This document shows positions 15,689 through 24,525 of a DNA stretch of 44,031 nt, piece by piece; the stretch's first letter is position 1, and each line of letters starts with the position of its first letter. Position numbers and translations under genes: made by a program. The notes below the pieces were generated by a model. That model had not been told where the DNA came from, did no database searches, and was given only the letters and a program-made list of their open reading frames with translations. Location of the stretch: contig CAZYHH010000001.1 in the NCBI GenBank assembly GCA_964647295.1, positions 1-44,031 on the forward strand. Direction: 5' to 3'. This DNA comes from an uncultured Pseudomonadales bacterium (GTDB taxonomy: Bacteria; Pseudomonadota; Gammaproteobacteria; Pseudomonadales; Azotimanducaceae).

Positions 15689-16777
15689 ATGAATTTTGCC
15701 CTCAATTTACCCCTGAACTCGGTTAGCTTCGGTCAGGTTTCTCTCTTAATATTAAAAGAGCTATACAAAAGAAACTTGAACCCCTGTATTCTCCCAATCG
15801 GGGAAATCAACCTCGAAACACAGGCAGAAGACGGAGCGTTTTTTGAGTGGATTTCTGACAACACAAAGAAGGCGATAAAAGAACATAAGAGAAACGTGCC
15901 CATCTTCAAGCTTTGGCATCTGAACGGCTCGCTCGAATCATACTCTGAGAAACAAGCGCTGCTCTCCTTTCACGAGCTAGACCAAGCTACGTTAGAAGAA
16001 AAAAACATAGGAGCAAACCAAGCTAAGTTATTGTTTTCCAGCAGTCATTCGGTGGATACGTTTAGGAGCGCGGGCTGCGACAATGTAGACCTTCTCCCTT
16101 TGGCGTTCGATGAATACAATTTCAAAAAGCTTGATAAAGAATATTATCAAGACGACAGGATTTGTTTTCTTCTGGTCGGTAAGTACGAAAAAAGAAAAGG
16201 GCACACCAAAATCCTCGAAGCTTGGTCTGAAAAGTATGGGAACAACAAGGACTTCTTTCTGTCTTGCGCTGTTTACAATCCGTTTTTCAAGCCCGAAGAT
16301 AATAATAAAATTATCGCGGCGGCCCTCAAAGGCAAAAAGTATTTTAACATACAATTCCTCGGCTTTATGCCGAAAAATTCACTATATAACGACTACTTAA
16401 ACTCTGGGGATGTAGTTATCGGTATGTCTGGGGGGGAAGGCTGGGCCTTACCGGAGTTTCATGCGACAGCACTGGGCGCGCACTCCGTCATACTAAATGC
16501 TCACGCCCATAAAGAATGGGCGACGGAAGAAAATTCCGTATTAGTAGACTCATCTGAAAAAATACCGGCAGAAGACGGACTCTTCTTTAAGTCTGATGGC
16601 CCATTCAATCAGGGAAATATTTTCGACTTCGAGCAGGACGCCTTCATAGAGGGTTGTGAAAAGGCCATAGAGAGAGTAAGAGCGAGCAGGGTGAACGAGG
16701 CGGGGCTAGCCCTACAGAAAAAGTTCTCAGCGGGGAAGATGGTAGATAAAATCGTAGAGACGATGGGAGCCCTATAA
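15689..16777 (+). CDS. GT-B (GT4-like) glycosyltransferase
   Basis: VGKYEKRKG, SGGEGWALPEFH. Confidence 0.8.
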   Translation: MNFALNLPLNSVSFGQVSLLILKELYKRNLNPCILPIGEINLETQAEDGAFFEWISDNTKKAIKEHKRNVPIFKLWHLNGSLESYSEKQALLSFHELDQATLEEKNIGANQAKLLFSSSHSVDTFRSAGCDNVDLLPLAFDEYNFKKLDKEYYQDDRICFLLVGKYEKRKGHTKILEAWSEKYGNNKDFFLSCAVYNPFFKPEDNNKIIAAALKGKKYFNIQFLGFMPKNSLYNDYLNSGDVVIGMSGGEGWALPEFHATALGAHSVILNAHAHKEWATEENSVLVDSSEKIPAEDGLFFKSDGPFNQGNIFDFEQDAFIEGCEKAIERVRASRVNEAGLALQKKFSAGKMVDKIVETMGAL

Positions 16778-16781
16778 CATC

Positions 16782-17138
16782 ATGCCCCTTTATATTTTCG
16801 AGCACCCAGAAACAAACGAGGTCATAGAGGTAGTGCAATCTATGAAGGACGCTCACGTATATATCGACAAGGAGGGCGTGGAATGGAAAAGGGTCTACAC
16901 CCCGACAAACTTTGCCATAGATGGAAGCCTCAACCCCACTTCGTCTATGGATTTTGTTGAAAAAACAAAAAACAAAAACTATACGCAAGGGGACCTACAA
17001 GACATCTCGAGAGAGGCAAGCGAGAAAAGGGAGAGACTAATGGGGAAAGACCCCGTGAAGCAAAAATGGTTCAAGGACTATGAGACCTCCAGAAAAGGCA
17101 AGAAGCACCCACAAGACCCCTCTCGCTACACGTCCTAG
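16782..17138 (+). CDS. FmdB-like N-terminal domain protein (Cys-less)
   Basis: MPLYIFEHPETNEVIEVVQSM..WKRVY. Confidence 0.55.
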   Translation: MPLYIFEHPETNEVIEVVQSMKDAHVYIDKEGVEWKRVYTPTNFAIDGSLNPTSSMDFVEKTKNKNYTQGDLQDISREASEKRERLMGKDPVKQKWFKDYETSRKGKKHPQDPSRYTS

Positions 17139-17216
17139 CTTTGTTTTCCTTTTTTTTAAGCTAGAAGAGAAAAATTTTATCAAAAAAAATAACACACATG
17201 TAATACCCACAACACT

Positions 17217-19688
17217 ATGAGTTCAACCACAAAAATTAATGTAAAAAAAAGAAACGGAAGATTGCAGGCCCTAGACATCAACAAAGTAAATATCTGCGCT
17301 CAGAGGGCCTGTGAGGGCCTAGAAAGCGTATCTCCTAGCGAGGTCGTGATCGACGCAAACGTGCAGCTTTACGATAAAATTTCCACAAAAGAAATAGATC
17401 AGGCCCTAATCATGTCTGCGCGAGGCAAGATCGAAAAGGAGCCCAACTACAGCAAGGTTGCTGCTAGACTCCTCTTAGGGAATATACATAAAGAGGTCTT
17501 TGGTTGCAGCGTAGATAAAGACGCCTTCGATCACCAATACAGGCTATCCTTTGTCCAGAACATTAAACTTCTAATCAAAGAGGGAATGTTGAATGAAAAG
17601 CTCCTAGAGTTTGATCTCAAAAAACTTTCCCAAAAACTAGACCTAGAAAGAGATTTTAAATTCAAATATCTCGGACTGCAGATTTTAAACGATAGATACT
17701 TTCTTCACATAAACGGCAGAAGGCTAGAGTCTCCGCAATCATTTTGGATGAGAGTGGCTATGGGCCTTGCGTTGAATGAAAAAAATAAAGAGAAGAAAGC
17801 TATTGAATTTTATGAAGCACTTTCGTCATTTCGCATGTGCTGCTCTACGCCCACTCTTTTTAATAGTGGGTCTGTTCGTAGTCAGCTTAGTTCTTGTTAT
17901 CTCAACACTTTCGATGACAGCATTGATGGCATATTCGAGGGCGCGTGGCAAGAAGCTAGAAAATCTAAATATGCTGGCGGTTTAGGTTTCGATGTCACTA
18001 ATTTTAGAGCCGCCGGCTCCCACATTAAGGGAACGAATGGCTCCTCTAGCGGTCTTGTCCCTTGGCTTAAAATCTATAACGACCTCCTCGTAGCCGTTAA
18101 TCAGGGCGGCAAACGCCCCGGCGCAGGCTGCGCCTACATCGAACCTTGGCACTTAGATATTGAAGATTTCATCGAGCTCAAGAAAAACACAGGTGACGAG
18201 CGCAGGCGTTGCCACGACTTGAATACAGCAAATTGGTTGCCCAATATATTTTTAAATTATGTCGAGAAGGATTTAGATTGGTATCTCTTTTCTCCTTCGG
18301 ACGCTAGAGATTTGCATGAACTTTTCGGGGAAGAGTTCGACAAGGCGTATAAAAAATACTGTAAGAAAGCAGACGCGGGAGAAATAGATAACTTCAAAAC
18401 CGTGAAGGCCAAAGACCTCTGGAAAAAGATGCTGAGGATGTTATTCGAAACAGGCCACCCATGGATGACATTTAAAGACAATGCAAACCTTAGGTATTCT
18501 AATAATCACGAGGGCACGATTCATAGCTCTAATTTGTGCACGGAGATTTTTCTGCACACCAAGCCTTCGTTATTTTCTGGTGGAGAAAAAAGCGAGGTAG
18601 GGGAGACGGCAGTTTGTAATCTAAGCTCGGTAAACTTAAAGGAGCATCTAAAAACGAACGGTAAGATAGACTATAAGCTCTTAGAGAAAACCATAGCGAC
18701 ACAAATGAGGATGCTCGATAATGTAATCGATTTGAATTTCTACCCGACAGCAGAAGCAAAGAAGGCAAACCTTAGACATAGACCGGTTGGCGCAGGGACA
18801 ATGGGTTGGGCAGACGTATTTCATGCACATAAAATAAATTTTTCTTCAGAAGACTCGGTGAGATTCTCGGATGAATTGTATGAATTTATTTCGTACCATT
18901 GTATTTTGAACTCCTCGAGGCTGGCTAAAGAAAAGGGCCCTTACGAATCATTCGATGGCTCGCTATGGAGCCAAGGCACCCTACCGATGGACACCTACAA
19001 AAGCTTAATAGATTACTTAGGCCAAAAGCCAATCACCCATAGGAAAAAGAATTTTGCCCCAGAAGTGGACTGGAAAAACATAAGAGACCACATCAAAGCG
19101 CACGGGATGAGAAATAGCAATACGATGGCTATTGCGCCAACGGCCACCATATCCTACATTCAGGGCTGTTCGACATCTATCGAGCCAGATTTCTCAACCC
19201 TATTTGTCTACGAAAATAAATCGGGGAATCTTATGATTGTAAATGAATGGTTTGTCCGGGAGTGCAAAGAAATAGGCGCTTGGGACGCAAACTTAATCGA
19301 GATGCTGAAGGCTGTAGATGGAGACGTTATGAGGCTTAACGGAGAACTGCCCCAAGACATCAAGGATAGATACATGACGGCCTTCGACCACGATCAGTTT
19401 ATGCTTATTGATGCAGCCGCAGCAAAGCAGAAATGGATTGACATGGGCCAATCACTTAACCTATTTAATAATAAAACATCCCTTAAATACTTAAACGATT
19501 TATATATACATGCGAGAAACAGAGGACTCAAAAGCACATACTATCTCCGAAACAGATCGGCTAGTCAAATTGAAAAATCTACGGGCGAAAGTGGAGATGG
19601 CGATACTGCTTCAGGTGGTGCTGATGGTGATGTTATTACTCCTGAGGCTTGCTCAATCTTAGACCCAACATGCGAAAGTTGTCAATAA
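17217..19688 (+). CDS. nrdA: class I ribonucleotide reductase alpha subunit with ATP cone
   Basis: VKKRNG cone, TPTLFNSG, QLSSCY, SNLCTEI, APTATIS, KSTYY, C-terminal CESC. Confidence 0.97.
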   Translation: MSSTTKINVKKRNGRLQALDINKVNICAQRACEGLESVSPSEVVIDANVQLYDKISTKEIDQALIMSARGKIEKEPNYSKVAARLLLGNIHKEVFGCSVDKDAFDHQYRLSFVQNIKLLIKEGMLNEKLLEFDLKKLSQKLDLERDFKFKYLGLQILNDRYFLHINGRRLESPQSFWMRVAMGLALNEKNKEKKAIEFYEALSSFRMCCSTPTLFNSGSVRSQLSSCYLNTFDDSIDGIFEGAWQEARKSKYAGGLGFDVTNFRAAGSHIKGTNGSSSGLVPWLKIYNDLLVAVNQGGKRPGAGCAYIEPWHLDIEDFIELKKNTGDERRRCHDLNTANWLPNIFLNYVEKDLDWYLFSPSDARDLHELFGEEFDKAYKKYCKKADAGEIDNFKTVKAKDLWKKMLRMLFETGHPWMTFKDNANLRYSNNHEGTIHSSNLCTEIFLHTKPSLFSGGEKSEVGETAVCNLSSVNLKEHLKTNGKIDYKLLEKTIATQMRMLDNVIDLNFYPTAEAKKANLRHRPVGAGTMGWADVFHAHKINFSSEDSVRFSDELYEFISYHCILNSSRLAKEKGPYESFDGSLWSQGTLPMDTYKSLIDYLGQKPITHRKKNFAPEVDWKNIRDHIKAHGMRNSNTMAIAPTATISYIQGCSTSIEPDFSTLFVYENKSGNLMIVNEWFVRECKEIGAWDANLIEMLKAVDGDVMRLNGELPQDIKDRYMTAFDHDQFMLIDAAAAKQKWIDMGQSLNLFNNKTSLKYLNDLYIHARNRGLKSTYYLRNRSASQIEKSTGESGDGDTASGGADGDVITPEACSILDPTCESCQ

Positions 19689-20695
19689 TGAAGGATGGAT
19701 TAATACTGGGTGATGAAATAGCTGGGGTGAATCAAATTTTACCCCACAAACATAAACAGGTATGGGATTTATTCCAGAAGGGTGTAGCGAATAACTGGTC
19801 ACCCTCAGAAATTAATATGTCAGATGACATAGATCAATGGAAAGGGGATACCCTAACCAAGGATGAAAAACTACTCGTGAAAAGATGCCTTGGCTTCTTC
19901 GCTGGTAGCGAATCTTTGGTTGGCAACAACCTCTTACTCACTGTTGCGAGGTGGGTCACTGATGCTGAATGCAGGCAGTACATCCTGAGGCAGGCTTACG
20001 AAGAGAGTCTCCACAACTGGACCGTCGTGACTTGCTGCGATTCTTACGGCTTAAAAGTGTCAGAGGTATACGAGGCGTACCTAAACGTGCCGAGCATCAA
20101 GGCCAAGGATGACTTTTTAATGGAGATTACTACGAACGTTAATCGCCCAGATTTCTCCACGAAAACAGTGGAAGGCAAAAAAGAATTCTTGCGGAACCTT
20201 GTTAGTTACTATATAGTTTGTGAAGGCACATTCTTCTTCAGTGGTTTCGCCATGCTGCTTGCACTGGGGAGGCAGAACAAACTGCCGGGGTTATCAGACC
20301 AAATTAGATATACCCTTAGAGACGAAAGCCTTCACATACAGTTTGGTACTTATTTAATTAATACAATCAAAGAACAGAACCCGTCCATATGGACTAAAAA
20401 ATTCGAAAAAGAAACAGTAGATCATATTATTAAAGCCGTTGAATTAGAGGTAGATTATGCTAAAGACGTTCTCCCTAGAGGAATTTTGGGCCTTAACGCT
20501 GATATGTTTATTGATTATATGCAATACATCGGCAACAGGCGTCTGGAGGCTATTGATATTGAGTATCGATTTGATTCGGATAAAAACCCTTTCCCTTGGC
20601 TTAGTGAGGTGGTTGACACGGCGGCGATGACAAACTTTTTCGAAAGAAAAGTCAAGGACTACCAAAATTCAGGCTCCCTTGAAGATGATTTTTAG
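19688..20695 (+). CDS. nrdB: class I ribonucleotide reductase beta subunit (R2c/class Ic-like)
   Basis: FFAGSESLV, EESLH, CEGTFFFSGF, RDESLH, NFFE..Y; TAATG overlap with nrdA. Confidence 0.95.
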   Translation: MKDGLILGDEIAGVNQILPHKHKQVWDLFQKGVANNWSPSEINMSDDIDQWKGDTLTKDEKLLVKRCLGFFAGSESLVGNNLLLTVARWVTDAECRQYILRQAYEESLHNWTVVTCCDSYGLKVSEVYEAYLNVPSIKAKDDFLMEITTNVNRPDFSTKTVEGKKEFLRNLVSYYIVCEGTFFFSGFAMLLALGRQNKLPGLSDQIRYTLRDESLHIQFGTYLINTIKEQNPSIWTKKFEKETVDHIIKAVELEVDYAKDVLPRGILGLNADMFIDYMQYIGNRRLEAIDIEYRFDSDKNPFPWLSEVVDTAAMTNFFERKVKDYQNSGSLEDDF

Positions 20696-20699
20696 ACAA

Positions 20700-21203
20700 A
20701 TGAAAATGAAAAACATAATGCTAGGTGCATTTGCACTAATGATAGTTGGTTGTAACGCAACCAAGGAATACCCGTATAATGCGGTCAGAGTGGGAGAGAC
20801 AGGCGCGGACGCTATGACCGTAGACCTTGCTCCTGTTGTAACCGCTCAGGCAAAAATGCCCGAACTCACCGTAGGCACAGGCTCTTTCGAGCATGGACTG
20901 GCCAACGCTGGGCTAGGAAAAAGCCTAACGGCAAACGTGCCATTCGTGGCGGTAGACGTACCCGTACCCTCTGTGGTCATCGGTCCAAAGAACTTCAACG
21001 CGACAGTAGGCGCGGAGAATTCTGTGACTATTGGCTCATTGACGGTCGGTCAAAATCTACCCAGCATCGGCATCGGGACAGACGTTAACAAGGAAAAGGT
21101 CTTTGACCTTACATTGAAGGGGGGTGTTGGAGTTACTGTGCCACTCATCTCCTTGTATGTTCCTTGGCCGACGTTAAATACCGGCGGCGATACGGAAGAA
21201 TAG
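20700..21203 (+). CDS. putative lipoprotein, beta-strand rich
   Basis: MKNIMLGAFALMIVG-C lipobox-like signal; start at 20700 or 20706. Confidence 0.65.
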   Translation: MKMKNIMLGAFALMIVGCNATKEYPYNAVRVGETGADAMTVDLAPVVTAQAKMPELTVGTGSFEHGLANAGLGKSLTANVPFVAVDVPVPSVVIGPKNFNATVGAENSVTIGSLTVGQNLPSIGIGTDVNKEKVFDLTLKGGVGVTVPLISLYVPWPTLNTGGDTEE

Positions 21204-21226
21204 AAGACCCCTCATAAGGTGTGAAC

Positions 21227-21255
21227 ACCCCCCGATTTATTCGGGGGTTTTTTTA
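21227..21255 (+). terminator. intrinsic terminator
   Basis: CCCCCGA/TCGGGGG stem followed by T7. Confidence 0.8.
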
Positions 21256-21262
21256 TACCGAA

Positions 21263-21346
21263 CTATCTCCATCTATCGTGTCGCCATATTTTCCAAAATA
21301 CAATAGGCGCAATTATCAATGTTAATATTATTATTAAGTTATCCAT
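21263..21346 (-). CDS. 27-aa single-TM peptide (not in ORF track)
   Basis: MDNLIIILTLIIAPIVFWKIWRHDRWR; start overlaps the end of the upstream zinc-ribbon ORF. Confidence 0.45.
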   Translation of the reverse strand: MDNLIIILTLIIAPIVFWKIWRHDRWR

Positions 21347-21524
21347 CTTTTATTTTCTTCTTTACTTCTTCGAGGAACTCGTCCGTACCCACGAACCTAG
21401 AGTCGCAACTCGAATTTACACAACGCCATATATTGCAGCCAGACTCCTCGTGTATAGTCCTAGGCATACACTTTAACCTGTTCTTTGCGTCAGGAAAACA
21501 ATATGGGCATGCATAATAGTGCAT
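21339..21524 (-). CDS. small zinc-ribbon protein
   Basis: CPYC...CVNSSC; ATG directly follows GTGTAAATATAAT. Confidence 0.65.
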   Translation of the reverse strand: MHYYACPYCFPDAKNRLKCMPRTIHEESGCNIWRCVNSSCDSRFVGTDEFLEEVKKKIKDG

Positions 21525-21531
21525 ATTATAT

Positions 21532-21556
21532 TTACACTTCCCGTGTAATTATAAGT
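21532..21556. promoter_or_regulatory. TTACAC-N5-GTGTAA element between divergent genes
   Basis: Minus strand reads GTGTAAATATAAT-ATG; plus strand reads GTGTAATTATAAGT. Confidence 0.6.
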
Positions 21557-21583
21557 GACCTCGCTGTACGGGGTTAAATTGTT

Positions 21584-21811
21584 ATGAGAAGAAAACGTAG
21601 AAAAACAGTGAAAAAGTGGCATACGAACTTATGGAATAGGTTTATGTCGCTTTATAAGGGAGTAAAATCACACGTAACTCACATTGGGTGCTGGGAAGGC
21701 CTAGGTCTTGTAGTTCTAGGCGGCGGCGCTCTAATGGGTTGCTTGAGTTTGTCCTTGACTGTTGGCTTGCCCATGGTGTACGTGGGTGTTAAGAAATTAT
21801 TACATAAATAA
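21584..21811 (+). CDS. small membrane protein with basic N-terminus
   Basis: RRKRRK N-terminus, Gly-rich hydrophobic C-terminal half. Confidence 0.6.
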   Translation: MRRKRRKTVKKWHTNLWNRFMSLYKGVKSHVTHIGCWEGLGLVVLGGGALMGCLSLSLTVGLPMVYVGVKKLLHK

Positions 21812-21840
21812 TACTTTCCTAGTCAACTTTTTTAACCAAA

Positions 21841-21873
21841 GTCCCCCTCTTCTTGAGGGGGGCTTATTTTTTT
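21841..21873 (+). terminator. intrinsic terminator
   Basis: CCCCCTC/GAGGGGG stem followed by a T-tract. Confidence 0.7.
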
Positions 21874-21887
21874 GTGTAATTATAAGT
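21874..21887 (+). promoter_or_regulatory. GTGTAATTATAAGT motif
   Basis: Exact 14-bp copy of 21543-21556, 3 nt before ATG 21891. Confidence 0.6.
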
Positions 21888-21890
21888 AAC

Positions 21891-22187
21891 ATGGACTATA
21901 AAATCATCCTAGACATCGCGCTGGCAAGCGCCCTTCTTCTCGGGGGATGGGTTTTCAAAATGGTCTTTGGGTACATGAAAGAAATGAGAGACCAGCACAA
22001 CACGCTCCTAGAGAAAACTAGGCATGACTACAGAGAGTTACATGAAAATATAACGGACCTTGCGCTCTCAATTCCTGAAAAATACGTATCTAAAGACGAT
22101 TTTTCGAACGCTATGAAAACTTTCGGCCATAGGTTTGACAGACTCGAAGAGAAATTGGACGCCGTATTATCTGATAAAAATAAATAA
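21891..22187 (+). CDS. small TM plus coiled-coil phage protein
   Basis: N-terminal TM, then PEKYVSKDDF..FDRLEEKLD; start moved to 21891. Confidence 0.7.
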   Translation: MDYKIILDIALASALLLGGWVFKMVFGYMKEMRDQHNTLLEKTRHDYRELHENITDLALSIPEKYVSKDDFSNAMKTFGHRFDRLEEKLDAVLSDKNK

Positions 22188-22188
22188 C

Positions 22189-22217
22189 TAGACAAAAGCC
22201 CTTAGAGGCTCTATATT
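22189..22217 (+). promoter_or_regulatory. sigma70-type promoter of the glycan island
   Basis: TAGACA-N17-TATATT. Confidence 0.55.
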
Positions 22218-22244
22218 ATAGAGAATTTAGGGGTTTTTTTGTCT

Positions 22245-23045
22245 ATGAATAAGGTTATTGCGATGACGGCCTGCAGAAGGCCTGAATATACTCAGAAAGT
22301 AGTGGATTCTTTATCCAACTGCACCAACTCTTCCGAATATAAATTCGTACCGTTTTGCGACGGCCCCCAGCAAGAAGTTATTAACGTCTTGGAGTCTGTA
22401 GATTTTTGCGACGTAGAAGTTAACGTGAATGAAAAGCGGGTCGGGCACACCCTCAATACTCATAGAGCTTTAACTAGGGCCTTCGAGCTTTCTGATTACG
22501 TAATTCTCTTAGAAGATGATACGGTGCTATCTAAAGACTTTTTAGAATTTCACGAATTCTGTAAAGAAAAATTTAAAGATGACAGTACAGTATACACGGT
22601 CTCGGCGGGGCACTATAACAATGTTGATAAAATCTATAGGGAAGAGGACAGGTCTATGTATAAAAGAAACCAGTGGTTCTCCAATCAAGGGTGGGGTACA
22701 TGGATAGACCGCTGGGAAGAGGAGGGCGGGATAAAGCACACATGGGAAGAGCCAGAGACGGTTGATTTCGAGCAATATACTACCAATTATAAGTACGGCG
22801 GCTGGGACGGGCTAATGAATAAACACACGCGGAAGGGGAGAGACGAAGTACTCTCCGTCGTTAGCAGGGTTAAAAACATAGGGGCTGAGAACGGTGTCCA
22901 TTGGGGGTATAATAGATCAGTTTACAATTCATTCTCAGACTTCCACAAAGACAAAATCGAGGTGAAAGATTGGTGCGGCCTTTATAATCTAGAGGGGGTC
23001 GAGTACAGGGAGGAGACAAGATTGTTTTCGGATTATATAATGTGA
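22245..23045 (+). CDS. GT-A glycosyltransferase
   Basis: MTACRRP, FCDGP, ILLEDD, GWGTW, SRVKNIG. Confidence 0.8.
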   Translation: MNKVIAMTACRRPEYTQKVVDSLSNCTNSSEYKFVPFCDGPQQEVINVLESVDFCDVEVNVNEKRVGHTLNTHRALTRAFELSDYVILLEDDTVLSKDFLEFHEFCKEKFKDDSTVYTVSAGHYNNVDKIYREEDRSMYKRNQWFSNQGWGTWIDRWEEEGGIKHTWEEPETVDFEQYTTNYKYGGWDGLMNKHTRKGRDEVLSVVSRVKNIGAENGVHWGYNRSVYNSFSDFHKDKIEVKDWCGLYNLEGVEYREETRLFSDYIM

Positions 23046-23719
23046 TGAACATAGTACTCCCCACATACAACAGGCTAGACTACCTAAAGAGGTCTCTTAG
23101 CTCGCTGTTGTCGACAGACATAAAAGAAGAAGACTACCTGTGGGTGTATGATGACGCTAGTTCTGAAAAGGGCGTTAAAGATTTTCTCTTAGGGCATGAG
23201 GATACTAAATTCAAAATACATTTTAACGAAAGAAATCTGGGGTGCGACCACAATGTATATCAGTCTATCAGAAAGACCTTCGAGCGAACCAATGACCAGT
23301 TCCTCACCATTACTGACCCAGATGCCATATACCATCCAGAGTGGCTCTCCTTTATTAAAAGGAAATTGGTAGACCATAACGACATCGGGCTCTTAAGCGT
23401 TTTTAACACCAAAAACCACCCAGAATGCGGGGTATGTGAAGACGCAGAACTTTGCGAAAAGAAGTCCGTAGGAGGTCTTGCGCTGGCTGTAAATAGAGAT
23501 ATCTTTGAAAAGGTAGACCCAAACGTCATACTCGATTGCCATAGTCATTTTTGCTGGGACTGGCAGTGTGTGACGCTTTGTAATAAAATGGGATACAAGA
23601 TACTCTGCTCTAAAGATAGTTACGTAGACCACATAGGCTTCGTCGGGGTGCACTCCAGACGAGAGGGGCAAGGGGATCAAGCTCAAAATTTTTTAGGAGA
23701 GAACGAAAAAGATAAATGA
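23042..23719 (+). CDS. GT2 glycosyltransferase
   Basis: LPTYNR, DDASS, NLG, TDPD, SYVDHIG. Confidence 0.85.
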   Translation: MMNIVLPTYNRLDYLKRSLSSLLSTDIKEEDYLWVYDDASSEKGVKDFLLGHEDTKFKIHFNERNLGCDHNVYQSIRKTFERTNDQFLTITDPDAIYHPEWLSFIKRKLVDHNDIGLLSVFNTKNHPECGVCEDAELCEKKSVGGLALAVNRDIFEKVDPNVILDCHSHFCWDWQCVTLCNKMGYKILCSKDSYVDHIGFVGVHSRREGQGDQAQNFLGENEKDK

Positions 23720-24525
23720 AAATCTCCATAGCCATGACTTACTACAACAGGAAGGAGCAGCTTCTTAGAACTCTAAAAAGCATCTCCTTTTTTAAAGAGA
23801 GCCTGCACGAAATAGTTATTGTTGACGACGCCTCGGAGGAGGCTATGAAAATAGACTTCTTGGATCAGTTTGATTTCAAAATAAGACTGATCGAAATAAA
23901 ACCCCAAGAAAAAACATACGCCAACGCATGCATGCCCTTCAACAAGGCCCTTAGGGCATGCGAGGGTGACGCGATAATCATACAGAACTCTGAATGTTAT
24001 CATGGCGCAGATGTTCTAGCGTACGTAAAAGACCACTTAAAAGCAAATAAATATTTATCCTTCGCCTGCTACTCCCTAGGCACGATCGAAACACACAACC
24101 TCCCAGACTTCTCTCAGAAAAGTAAAGAAGAATTCTTGGAATTTAATCGAAGATTTCTTAGTAGCCTACCCCAAAGGACCTGTGACAGTTTTGGTGATGA
24201 AAACTCTTGGTACAATCACGCCCACCATAGGCCGTGCGATCTTCACTTTACCTCGGCAATCACAAGGGAGGACCTAGAAGACTTGAATTACTTTGACGAA
24301 AGGTATGCTCCTTGCGTTGCGTTTGACGACAATGAATTCATAGCCAGAATAAGACGAAAAAATATGGACATAGAGCGGGTAAGCCCCAATCCACTCAATC
24401 CAAACCCAGTTCCATGGACTTTTCACCAAAAACACCACTCCACAAATTACTTCAGGGGGCACAGCTGCGAAGAGCTTTACCTAAATACAACGCTAAAAGA
24501 GACGGGGTGGAGAGTAAATGAATAA
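23716..24525 (+). CDS. GT2 glycosyltransferase
   Basis: TYYNR, IVDDAS, FDERY..FDDNEF. Confidence 0.85.
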   Translation: MKISIAMTYYNRKEQLLRTLKSISFFKESLHEIVIVDDASEEAMKIDFLDQFDFKIRLIEIKPQEKTYANACMPFNKALRACEGDAIIIQNSECYHGADVLAYVKDHLKANKYLSFACYSLGTIETHNLPDFSQKSKEEFLEFNRRFLSSLPQRTCDSFGDENSWYNHAHHRPCDLHFTSAITREDLEDLNYFDERYAPCVAFDDNEFIARIRRKNMDIERVSPNPLNPNPVPWTFHQKHHSTNYFRGHSCEELYLNTTLKETGWRVNE

